64,000 bases of DNA, from the NCBI GenBank assembly GCA_951406725.2, contig OX597823.1, positions 104,656,001 through 104,720,000 of the forward strand, written 5' to 3'. The translations under genes and the position numbers were made by a program. The stretch comes from Octopus vulgaris (taxonomy: Eukaryota). Positions 1 to 10,819 of this stretch are shown in pieces. Under the pieces are notes generated by a model. It ran no database searches. It was not told where the DNA came from and saw only the letters and a program-made list of their open reading frames with translations. Within the stretch, counting starts at the first letter, position 1. Every line of letters begins with the position of its first letter.

Positions 1-475
1 ACTAGATTATAGTTACATTATTTCATGTTTCATATTTGGAAATTAAATTTTCTAGAGATTTGAGAACAAATTTTCTTGATAATCATACATCTGAAAATAC
101 CCAAATGAATGCTCTCAAACATAAGCTATTAGCTATTATATCATGGAGATATTTTGACATTCACATTCCTCTATGTGGGAATGGGTTTGATACATCTGCT
201 ATATTTTTATCTTTTTTTATCTAATTTTTATCTTTTGTCATCATGTGTGGAAGGCCCAACATCTTAAGATCTAGCCTTGGCACCTTCAAACATCTTTCTC
301 AGTTTTCCTCTGCTACAGATAAACTCCACTTGAAGTAGACAGAGCCTCTTCAAACCAGTACCTAATGCCAATTCCTATCACATATGTATACCAACGGTCA
401 TCTCTCTTGCACAAGCCAATGCAGTTAATATCTACCCGGTCTTTCAGCTCATTTGTGTTCAGCATTTATTCAGAA

Positions 476-620
476 TTGGTTGGCGTTAGGAAGGGCATCC
501 AGCTGTAGAAACACTGCCAGATCAGACTGGAGCCTGGTGCAGCCTCCTGGCTTCCCAGACCTCGGTTGAACCATCCAACCCATGCTAGCATGGAAAACGG
601 ACGTTAAATGATGATGATGA
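476..620 (+). mobile_element. 5'-truncated 3' end of RTE-clade LINE
   Basis: ggttggcgttaggaagggcatccagc...catgctagcatggaaaacggacgttaa followed by a (tga)n tail; same sequence as the 3' end of the LINE at 8578-9832. Confidence 0.85.
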
Positions 621-1250
621 GATATAACACATCATGCTTACTTCATTTCTCTCTACCAGTCACGAAAACTTTTATTGTCAACGGAGATAAGAGTGCTCTG
701 AAATTTTCCCAACTCTTATTCATTCGAGTAGCTATGTTTTTCTTATAGCCAGCTTCCAGCAATTTTGTTCAGCTCTAGACTAGCCCTTATTCAGCAGACA
801 TATGATCGAAGATATCTAAGGTATGTGCATGAACCCACCTGCTTTTTTCCCTTTTTTTTGTAAGATACAGGGTATGATTTGAGGATTTGGCTGCTATTTC
901 TAGCAGGATGAGCAATAACATAGAGGCCCTTATGTTGGCTCATCTAGCACTAATTAGATTACATAGATAATGACCTCATACCCTAAACGTAGTTCTCATG
1001 GAGATTCAGCATGACACAATGTGATAAGGCTGGTCCTTGGAATTATACAGGTACAACTCCTTTTTTCCCAGCTGAGTGAACTGGATCAATGTGAAATAAA
1101 AGCGTCTTGCTGAATGACACAACAGCGCCACCAGCAGGAATTGAATTCCAGACCTTATCATTGTGACCCTAATCCCTGATGCACCTTCACAATAATACAA
1201 AAGTCAAGAATGCTTTACTACATGGCCTTTCTATTCTTTGACTTATCTTA

Positions 1251-1531
1251 CAAAGCCTTGTGAGTGGATTTGGTAGACGGAAACTGAAAGAAGCCCGTCA
1301 TAAATATATATATATATATGTATGTGTGTCTGTGTTTGTCTCCCCAACATCGCTTGACAACCGATGCTGGTGTGTTTACATCCCCGTAACTTAGTGGTTC
1401 GGCAAAAGGGACTGATAGAATAAGTACTAGGCTTACAAAGAATAAGTCCTGGGGCCGATTTCTTCAACTAAAGGCGGTGCTCCAGCATGGCCACAGTCAA
1501 ATGACTGAAACAAGTAAAAGAGTAAAGAGAG
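1251..1531 (+). mobile_element. tRNA-derived SINE (5'-truncated) with internal TA/TG microsatellite
   Basis: gtagacggaaactgaaagaagcccgtc-(TA)n-...gctccagcatggccacagtcaaatgactgaaacaagtaaaag; similar copies at 1568-1918, 5800-6172 and 41930-42270. Confidence 0.75.
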
Positions 1532-1567
1532 AGTTTTATATATTTTTACCGTTTCCATTGTCATTTG

Positions 1568-1918
1568 CATGGCTTTGTGGTTCAGAAGCTCACTTTACAA
1601 CGACATGGTTTCAGCTTCAGTCTTACCGTGCAGCACCTTCTACTATAGCCATGGGTCAACCAATGTCTTGTGAATGAATCTGATCGACAGAAACTGTGTG
1701 TCTTTATGTTTGTCTGCTGCCTACCACTTGACAACTGGCATTGGCTTATGTATGTTCCTGTTACTTAGAGGTTCAGCAAAAGAGACCAATAGAATAAATA
1801 CCAGATTCAGAAAAAAAAAAAAAGTACTGGGATTGATTTGTCTGAATAAATCGTTCAAGGCTGTGCCCAAGCATGACTGTGGTCCAATGAATGAAACAAG
1901 TAAAAAGGTAAAAAGATA
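1568..1918 (+). mobile_element. tRNA-derived SINE, diverged copy
   Basis: tRNA-like head (catggctttgtggttcagaagc...) plus the same body and tail as 1251-1531. Confidence 0.65.
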
Positions 1919-2738
1919 ATACATATCGTTTTCAATCTGTGATTCTTAAAACTGTATAATTACAAAAATCAGATTACAGTACTCTGTTCCAAAATGCAGT
2001 CTGCACCAATTGCAGAAAATATATGAAGCTAAGCAAAACTGAAGCTAGTTGATTATTTCTAATACATAATCAACTCCCATTTCAGAGCCTAAGGTCATAA
2101 CTTGTAGCAGTCTCTTATTTGGCTACCTTCACTTTCTTTCTACTGCTCTTTATCAATGTCACTCATGGACTAACAAGGTAAGACATCCATTTAATTAGAA
2201 AAAGGCAAGGTGTATCTTGATTTCTCAACGAAACTTCTTTTAATTAAAATTAAAATAACTAGACATGGCTGTGTAGTTAAGAAGTTTGCATCTAAATCAC
2301 GTGGCTTTGGGATCAATCTCACTACACCCCACTTTGGGCAAGTGTCTTCTATAATAGCCCCAGGCGAACTAATATAATGCCTTGTGAAGGAATTTATTAC
2401 ATTGAAACTGAAAGAAGCCCTTCATGCATATATGTGTGTGTGTGTGTGTGTGTGTAGGCAAATGATCACATTGTTTGTGGTTAGGTGCATTCCCTCTCAA
2501 CATACTGTCTATTAACTTTGCGCTTTTGAATCACTCTGGAATAAAAAATTCCCTAACTTGAAAAACAGGTAAGGGTTAGCGACAGGAAGCTTATCTGATT
2601 GAAAAAAATCTTGTCTTGATTACCTTGCACCTAAGCCATGCAACATCAAATGAAATGAAGAAATAAGAATTTTTGAAAGAGAAACATGCTAATAATCTCC
2701 AGTAAAAGAATAATTTAAAAGCTGCTTTTTTCTTTTAC

Positions 2739-2886
2739 CTTTTTTAAGGGCTTATATGGTATGAACCACCACCACTGTAGATTGTAGACATAAACTGGAA
2801 GAAATCCTGTGTTCTCATCAGTGTCAACTTGGAGGGAATAAGAAATGACAAACTGACCATCTTTGGTAAATCCAAGAAACACATAC
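2739..2886 (-). CDS. DCAF15: DCAF15 coding exon 3 (YVFLGFTKDGQFVISYSLQVDTDENTGFLPVYVYNLQWWWFIPYKPLKK); gene continues beyond the left edge
   Basis: Polypyrimidine acceptor ttttttcag| and donor AAG|gtaaaa. 148 nt, phase 2 to phase 0, in frame with exon 2. The FLGFTKDGQFVISY...Y.L.WW.F motif matches DCAF15 (human HIFLGFSKCGRYVLSY...YHLYWWEF, recalled). Confidence 0.9.
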
Positions 2887-4133
2887 CTGAAAAAAGAAAA
2901 GGAAAGTGGAATTTTTTTAATGATCACAGTAAATAAATTGTAAACAAAACTAATTTCTGTGAGGAGAGAGAATACTATCAAGAACTTAATATTAACCTTT
3001 TTATACTGGTAGTGGAGCACATATTTATATCAGAAGCAGGGTAGGTGACCAATGTCCAGTATGTCTATATAACTTGTGCTTGTTTTACTGATTCCAAAGG
3101 GGAGAAGGCAAAGTTATTCTAGCAGGATGAGAACTCAGAACATAAGAAATGCAACTAAATACCACAAGGCATTTTGTCTGCAGCATGCCCGTTCCTGTCA
3201 TAGGTCACTTTCAGCTGATGATAAAAACATAATGCTATCGATATGCATCAACCTTAGTTGATGATGTGTTTGTAACACAAATGTCAAATAGCAAAATCTT
3301 TGCTTTTACTATGGTCAATAAGTGGAATCAGATAGCAATGAGCTGATAGAACTAACATTATTAACAATATTATAATATAGCAAGAGGTGAGAGGTGCAAT
3401 GTCAAGTGGACAGCTGCTTATTGGACATTCATGGCACATTAAAAGCTTTAATCTTGTCATAGGAATGTGTATTTGAGCAAGACAATTTTAGCTATTATAT
3501 ATAGCTGTTGATAAGCTGATGGTGGTGATTTGTGTAACTGACTAGGTCAACAGTGCTTCTCCAATATGAACCATGTCAAGATTGATATTACTTTCAGCTG
3601 TGATGTATAATATAAAATATCTGATTTTATCAGAATCAACTGACAGTAAATATCCAAAGTTTACTGTATTCATGAGGAAATATTTGAAAAACTTGTCAGT
3701 CATGGTTCAACATATATAGGTGTATTTTTATTTCTTATTCATATTTATACTAATTAAAAGTGTGTTATTTGCAGCACTACAAAATTACAAACTGTGTGGG
3801 TGTGTTGAATGTAGTTTGGCCAAATGGTTAAGTTCATGTAGTAACCATAAGATCTTGGGTCCAAATCAACTGCATACCATTTTGGGCAAGTGTTAATTAA
3901 CATAGCCCAAAGTGTTGAGGGTGGAATTGGGTATATGAAAACTGCATGGAATACTGTCACATGGACTATACCTATAATTCAAAGGCTATCCTTGGTTATA
4001 TATACTGCTGTTCCTATTCTCCATGAGAATTACCTTCAGGGTATACATGTTTTTGGAATACTCAGCCACCTACACATTAAGTTAAGGAGCTGGTAGTTCA
4101 GTTGACTGAATAACACAGTATCTGTTGTTAAAA

Positions 4134-4171
<38 letters not shown>

Positions 4172-4352
4172 ATAAGGGTAGAAATTGATATAAATCAATT
4201 AAAACCAGTGGCCTAGCATATTTCTTAAAAAATCCAAAGATTAAAAATTTTATACATACAAAAGTGGTCATTCCTCTAAATTTTGTATGTATATATATAA
4301 AATTATAAATGAAAGAGAAGTAGTTTGATAAAATTTTATTTAACAAGCCTTA

Positions 4353-4612
4353 CTGACACCTGTGCCGTGGCATGTGTAAAAAGATTCGAGCGAGGTCATT
4401 GCTAGTACCGTCTGACTGGCCCCCATGCCGGTGGCACGTAAAAAGCATCCACTACACTCTCAGAGTGGTTGGCTTTAGGAAGGGCATCCAGCTGTAGAAA
4501 CTCTGCCAGATCAAGATTGAAGCCTGGTGCAGCCATCTGGTTCGCCAGACCTCAGTCATTCGTCCAACCCATGCTAGCATGGAAAGCGGACGTAAAACGA
4601 TGATGATGATGA
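4353..4612 (+). mobile_element. RTE LINE 3' end with long flanking direct duplication
   Basis: LINE 3' UTR with (gat)n tail, flanked by ~50-bp near-identical direct repeats at ~4295-4346 and ~4613-4665. Confidence 0.85.
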
Positions 4613-5153
4613 TATAAAAAATCATAAATGAAAGAGAAATAGTTTGATAAAATTTTATTCAACAATAAGAAAATACTAAATATCATGACAAATTGTTTTG
4701 TAACTTAGAAACATGTAAATAATTTTTATTATATAATAATAAATTATTACATTCAACTATTTCTGTTATTTATGACTTTATACGCTCCTTTTCGTTTTCT
4801 CTTGTATTGTACTGTATATTCTATGTTTTGTAGAATGATTTATTAAGGAGCTTTTATTTAGGAGTACTATCGAATTACTTGAATCCATATATTGTGACTT
4901 CTATCTATATAAAGAAAACAGGCCCATTGTCGTTGTATAGCATTAAATATGTGTTGTGTACACTGACCACACTTCATACAATTTGTCCACCATAGAGGCA
5001 TTTCAACAGTATTTTGTTTATTTTATTTATATTGAAATACAGCATTTTTTTCCTGTTTTGCATATATCTTGGCAAAAATTGACAATGCTTTGACTCATAT
5101 AAATAGACCCAAGCACTTGACTGGTCATTCCATATCTTATACTGTCTTACACC

Positions 5154-5207
<54 letters not shown>

Positions 5208-5799
5208 TACATATATATATCATGCTAGTTACTCATTCTGTTGGCACACAGTGTTTCTCACAAATAGCAAGAAACCCAGAGTAGCAATGAAGTAAATAAC
5301 TAGTGTTAAATGAATATACTCTGTACATGTATTGAGCATTCTTTATCTTTTTATACCTCTTGTCGCATGAGAGAGAGAGAGTTGCAACCTAATAGTCATT
5401 GATAAATCTGAAAAGTTGTAAGAGACATGAAATATGTATGTACAGATAAAAATAGACTATTGGTACACGAGGAAAGCTAGGTGGTATCTGATCAATGTTG
5501 CCTGGCTTAACCTTTCTGCACATATGCTTTGGGACAAACCAGATGTTTAAAAGTTATCTCATAATAAAGATTAGTCAAAATATTTGCAGTATTTTTTAAT
5601 TAGTATTGTCATCCAATCAATTGTGTGTGTGTGTGTAAATAAATAAGGTTTCTCAATTTCTTGTAGGTTAATATGAATTTGAATGCAGAGCTAAATAATG
5701 TTTAACTCTTTAGCATTCATTTTACTGTCAAATGTAATGCTCTATTTTGTATTTTACTTGTGTCAGTCATTGGGCCATGCTGGGGCACTGCCACACTGG

Positions 5800-6172
5800 T
5801 TTGAATTAATCGTGCATTATACTGTAGTTCTAGGTTCAGTGCCACTGCATGGCACCTTGGGCAAGTATCTTCTACTATTGCTTTGGGCTAACCAAAGCCT
5901 TGAGTGGATTTGGTAGTCAGAAACTGAAAGAAGTTTACATATATATATATATTTATGTGTGTCTTTGTGTCTGTGTTTGTTTCCCCCCCATCACTGCCTG
6001 ACAACCAGTGTTGGTGTGTTTACGTCCTTGTGAATTAGCAGTTCAGCAAAAGAAACTGATAGAATAAGTACTAGGCTTTAAAAAGATGTCTTGGAGTCAA
6101 TTTGTTTGACTAGAACCACTTCAAGGCAGTGCTCCAGCATGGCTGCAGTCAAATGACAAACAAGTAAAAGAA
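5800..6172 (+). mobile_element. tRNA-derived SINE
   Basis: ggttcagtgccactgcatggcaccttgggcaagtatcttctac head/core and gctccagcatggctgcagtcaaatgac tail shared with 1251-1531. Confidence 0.7.
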
Positions 6173-7087
6173 TATAGACAACAGGATGTGATTTGAGAGA
6201 TATTTGGTTGTTAATTATTTCAGCCATGTTGGATAACTATGTAGAGGTTCCATCGTTAGCTTGTTTTTTTTTATTACAACAGAAAGAGCACCACAACAAG
6301 AAAGCGTGTTTTTAAACAATGGCCTTCTTGATAAATACATCAATTAGTTTAAGTGACATGATGTAGTTGTTTAAAAAAAATCTTAAGACACACTATTTGT
6401 TTACATTCAAGATACTGGCTTTTTCTGAAGATGCTGAGAGCCATCTTATCAAAGAACCATCAGGGAGTCTGTAAAGTGAAAATCTACTGAGACATGCAAG
6501 CATTTCAAAAGGTGATGCAAAACACCTGCTTAATGGTGCCTACACAGCCAAAGACAACATTGAAAACTAACTAACATAGTACCCATATATAATGTCATGG
6601 AGAGTGCATGAAACAACAAGGTGGTGGTATTTGAGTAAAAACTCAAGTAGCATTTATAATAATTTAAAATTATTTTCAGTTGAATTCTTACATTTCTCTG
6701 GTAAAATATGAATTTTAAAAAATTACAATTCTTTTCTCTAATATTGTATACTAGCTGATGTACTCGGTAATTCTTGGGAAAGCGGGGCTTATCCCTTGGT
6801 TCCGTTCTCATAATTGTTTCGCTAATCCAATAACAACATTACAAAGTATATAGCCCTTAAAATGGTTTTTGTGCATTTACAGAGAATACCGAACTGTCTT
6901 ACACAGGATCTTGTTTTTAGGAATTCCCAATAAGTTATGAATACCCAAATTGTGAAGTCTGTTATGTAATAACATGAAATTAGTTACCCGATGGTAAGAA
7001 TTCAATTAAAGTAACCCCAAAAAGGCCTGGAATCTAAGAGGCTTAGCAAAGGTCAAAGAGCTAGTAAGCAGACAAATTACTAATCCT

Positions 7088-7256
7088 TTCAGGGAACTGG
7101 CCTTGTTCAATATGTAGAAAAGGTGTAGGTAGAAATTTCATTTGGTGTACCCAGTGCAAGCTATGGACACATAAGAGGTGCAGTGGAATCACAGGAAGGT
7201 TAACAGAGAAAGCAGTCATGTGTGTGGTAGGTAGATATGCAGGTACAATGAACACT
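7088..7256 (+). pseudogene. RTE LINE internal fragment (Cys-rich PHD-like segment)
   Basis: Translates WPCSICRKGVGRN.IWCTQCKLWTHKRCSGITGRLTEK; homologous to 8578-8730. Confidence 0.7.
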
Positions 7257-7891
7257 ATATCTTTAACTACCAACTTTTTGTTCCTTCTTAGATTTTATTT
7301 TTGCTCACTCAGCCATTTTACCATACCATCTCAAATATTTCAGAGATGACTCAACATCTTAAATTAGTTAAATATTTAAGACTACAGACATAAACATAGT
7401 ACCTAAAATGAATATATTAACTGAAGAGATGTGCAACTAAAAGGTGAAGATATCTATATTTTGTGAAATGTCATTCCAATAATACATCAGCATATCATTT
7501 TTTATTTTAGTTAAAAAACAAAATGATTCTAAAGCCTGCCTTTCATAGCTCTCACTCTGTGATCAAGTAGCAGTAATATAATATTGATACAACTGACCTT
7601 ATACATTCAAACAAAAGTTGGCTTTGTGCCTAAGACAAAGGATTTCAAACTACGAGCTTCACCCTACAATCAGATATTGGAATATAAAGTGTTATTTTCT
7701 CTCTCCATGGATGGGCTTGTGCTATCCCAAAAGTCAGGTTTTAAAACATATGGTACCACTGAGTGGGATTTAATTGCAATTTGGAGCCAATCAACTAACA
7801 GCATAACAATTTATTTTTTTTTAATTAGCTTGTCTGAAAATGATAAATTTCAAGAATACAATAATTTATTAATAACAGTTAATATACTTAC

Positions 7892-8010
7892 CCATCATCT
7901 AGTAAAACTCTTGGTACAAGCGATGTTAATTTAAAACAAAGCCTTCCAGGAATTTTCTTGAAAAATTTTTCTTTCCTTTGATGCCTATGTGTTTGAAGTG
8001 ATCCCCGAAC
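7892..8010 (-). CDS. DCAF15: DCAF15 coding exon 2 (VRGSLQTHRHQRKEKFFKKIPGRLCFKLTSLVPRVLLDDG)
   Basis: Acceptor tttttgatag| and donor GG|gtaagt. 119 nt, phase 0 to phase 2. The translation parallels human DCAF15 [33 protein letters not shown] (recalled). Confidence 0.88.
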
Positions 8011-8577
8011 CTATCAAAAATAAAAGTGTACAAATATTTCATTAGCCTAAGTAAAAATTGACTAAATCTTGAATAAAATATTGCAAATAGTGGCAATTAA
8101 TCTGAAGTTTTTAACTCAAACAAAAATTACAGGTGCACACTATGAAAAAACAAAAAAAAGGACATTTAGTCAGGAAAATCAGACTTCATTTAATTCATAT
8201 ATCTTTTATCACAATTCATATATAGAATATAAAGAAAGCCAGGAGGTATGTGATAAATATATTTATTTCACCATAAGATTATGATGGTTTTACAGCTTGG
8301 TCCACTAAAGAAGCCTTTTTGTGAGTACCACAGGATTAGATAAATTTATATATATATATATATATATATATGAATAAAAAGATTTTTTTCAAAATTTTCA
8401 TACATCAAAAAGATTAATTATATTGTTTTGACTTTTTATTTGCAGTAACACTAAATCCCAAATATTTAGTTACAAATATCTTATGATATTCCAAGCAAAT
8501 ATAATATAAACTGAAGGATACAGAGCAATAACAAGAAGCAAAATGAAGGAAATTGAGTACAACAAAATTTATTTTTA

Positions 8578-9832
8578 GGTAGATGGCTCTGCTCAATCTG
8601 TAGAAAAGGCATAGGTAGGAACTCTGTAAGATGCACCAAGTGTAAGCTATGGACACGTAAGAGGTGCTGCAATGTCAAAGGAAGGCTAACTAGGAAGATA
8701 GTTTTTGTATGTGGCAGATGCTCAGGAGCAATAAACACTGAAAATGTGCAGAGAACAACTTCCATCACATTCCAGGGAGAAAAACTAGAAATATTTGATA
8801 GCTTCTGTTACCTAGGTGACCAAGTCAGTAGCGGGGGTGGGTGTGCTGAAAGTGTAACTGCTAGAGTAAGAATAGCCTGGGCAAAGTTCAGAGAGTTCTT
8901 ACCCCTGCTGGTGTCAAGGCCTCTCGCTCAGAGTAAAAGGTAGACTGTATGATGCATGTGTACGAACAGCTATGCTACATGGTAGTGAAACATGGGCAGT
9001 GACTACTGAGGATATGCGTAAGCTCACAAGAAATGAAGCCAGTATGCTCCGATGGATGTGTAATATCAGTGTTCATACTCGACAGAGTGTAAGTACCTTG
9101 AGAGAAAAGTCAGACCTAAGAAGCATCAGTTGTGGTGTGCAAGAGAGACTTTTGCACTGGTATGGTCATGTGACAAGAATGGATGAAGATAGTTGTGTGA
9201 AAAAGTGCCACACCCTAGCGGTTGAGGGAACCTGTGGAAGAGGTAGACCCAGGAAAACCTGGGACGAGGTGGTGAAGCACGACCTTCGAACTTTAGGTCA
9301 AACCAAGGAAATGACTAGAGACCGAGACCTATGGAAGTATGCTGTGCGTGAGAAGACCCGGCAGGACAAGTGAGACCATAACCCGTGGCCTCTACATGGG
9401 ATGTAGCCAGTCCACTTATGCATACCTTTGCTTCTTGGAACACAAAACTCTACTTGTGAAGACATGTTGAGGCAAGTGAGAATCAGAATCAAAATCGATC
9501 TACATCAATGGAAATTGTACCTGTGATACCAGTGCCGGTGGCACGTAAGCAAACCACCCGAACGTGGCCGTTGCCAGCGCCACCCCGACAGGCCTCCGTG
9601 CCAGTGGCACCTAAAAAGCACCATCCGACCGTGGCCGTTTGCCAGCCTCCCCTGGCACGTAAAAAGTACCCACTACACTCACGGAGTGGTTGGCGTTAGG
9701 AAGGGCATCCAGCCATAGAAACATTACCAAACCAGACTGGAGCCTGGTGCAGCCTCCTGGCTTCCCAGACCCCAGTTGAACCGTCCAACCCATGCTAGCA
9801 TGGAAAGCGGACGCTAAATGATGACGACGATG
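8578..9832 (+). mobile_element. 5'-truncated RTE-clade LINE: C-terminal RT/ORF2 region (frameshifted), 3' UTR with tandem hairpin units, (GAT)n tail
   Basis: ORFs 8746-8943 (FCYLGD...RVRIAWAKFRE) and 8972-9373 (MLHGSETW...WYGHVTRM...GRGRPRKTW) are hallmark RTE C-terminal motifs. The UTR and tail match many short copies in the window. Confidence 0.92.
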
Positions 9833-10140
9833 TAATAAAATAATTATTTTCTCAAATGCTTTTGCACCCTCATCTGATAAATGTCAATACAAAGAAAAGA
9901 TAAAATGGCTTAAGCTACATCAGATAACCATGCAACACAGACGTAAAAAAGATACAATGGAACTAATGTACAAACTAGGTGTCTTGAAGCTATTCCGGAC
10001 CCAATGCCTATAAACGAACTAGCATGTGAAATCAAGGTTTGTATAAATTAAACGTTTGACCTAATCCAATTAGTCTTGACTGCTACAAAACAGGTTAAAA
10101 TCATATTATGATTATAGGTAAAAAGCCATAATTTCTTTTA

Positions 10141-10398
10141 TCATCATCGTTTAACATCCGCTTTCCATGCTAGCATGGGCTGGACGATTTTGACTGAGGT
10201 CTGGCAAACCAGATAGCTGCACCAGGCTCCAATCTTGATCTGGCAGAGTTTCTACAGCTGAATGCCCTTCCTAACACCAACCACTCCGAGAGTGTAGTGG
10301 GTACTGGCAATGACCTTGAATCTCTTTACACATGCCACCAGCACAGGTGCCAGTAAGGCAACGCTGGTAACGATCACGCTCGAATGGTGCCCTTTTAC
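10141..10398 (-). mobile_element. RTE LINE 3' end (antisense copy)
   Basis: Reverse complement of the LINE tail: tcatcatcgtttaacatccgctttccatgctagcatgg... Confidence 0.85.
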
Positions 10399-10500
10399 TA
10401 CCTTGTAGAGAAATAAATTCTCTTTTAAACAACATAAAACATGTTGCCAATGCGTTTTATTATAATACACATTATTTAGAAATGGGATAAGAATAAAGGA

Positions 10501-10819
10501 GTAAAGATGCCCCTTGGTCATGAATGATCATGAGATTGCATTTAGAAAGTTCCCCTCCTAGGCACAAGTCTGGACAAGATTCTTTATGGAAAACCAGCAG
10601 TCCCCCATGCATACCAGCTTCCTCTCTCCATGTCACCAATGTTATCCAAGGGAAAGGCAAAGCTTGATACAGCTTAGCACCAGTGCTGTCACAACTCATT
10701 TCTACAGATGAATGAACTGGAGCAACGTGAAATAAAGTGTCTTGCTCAAGAACACAACACACAGTCCAGTCAGGGAATTGAACTTACAACCTCATGATCA
10801 TAAGCTCGATGCTCTAACC
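10501..10819 (-). mobile_element. tRNA-derived SINE with CORE/Meta-like central domain
   Basis: Minus strand reads ggttagagcatcgagc...gttcaattccc (A/B-box-like) then gttcttgagcaagacactttatttcacgttgctccag. Flanked by gaaatgggataa direct repeats (~10479 and ~10827). Confidence 0.65.

Noticed and set aside
4974-5284. ORFs with YIYIYI/THTH runs (also 55003-55727)
   Set aside because: Translations of TA/CA microsatellites.
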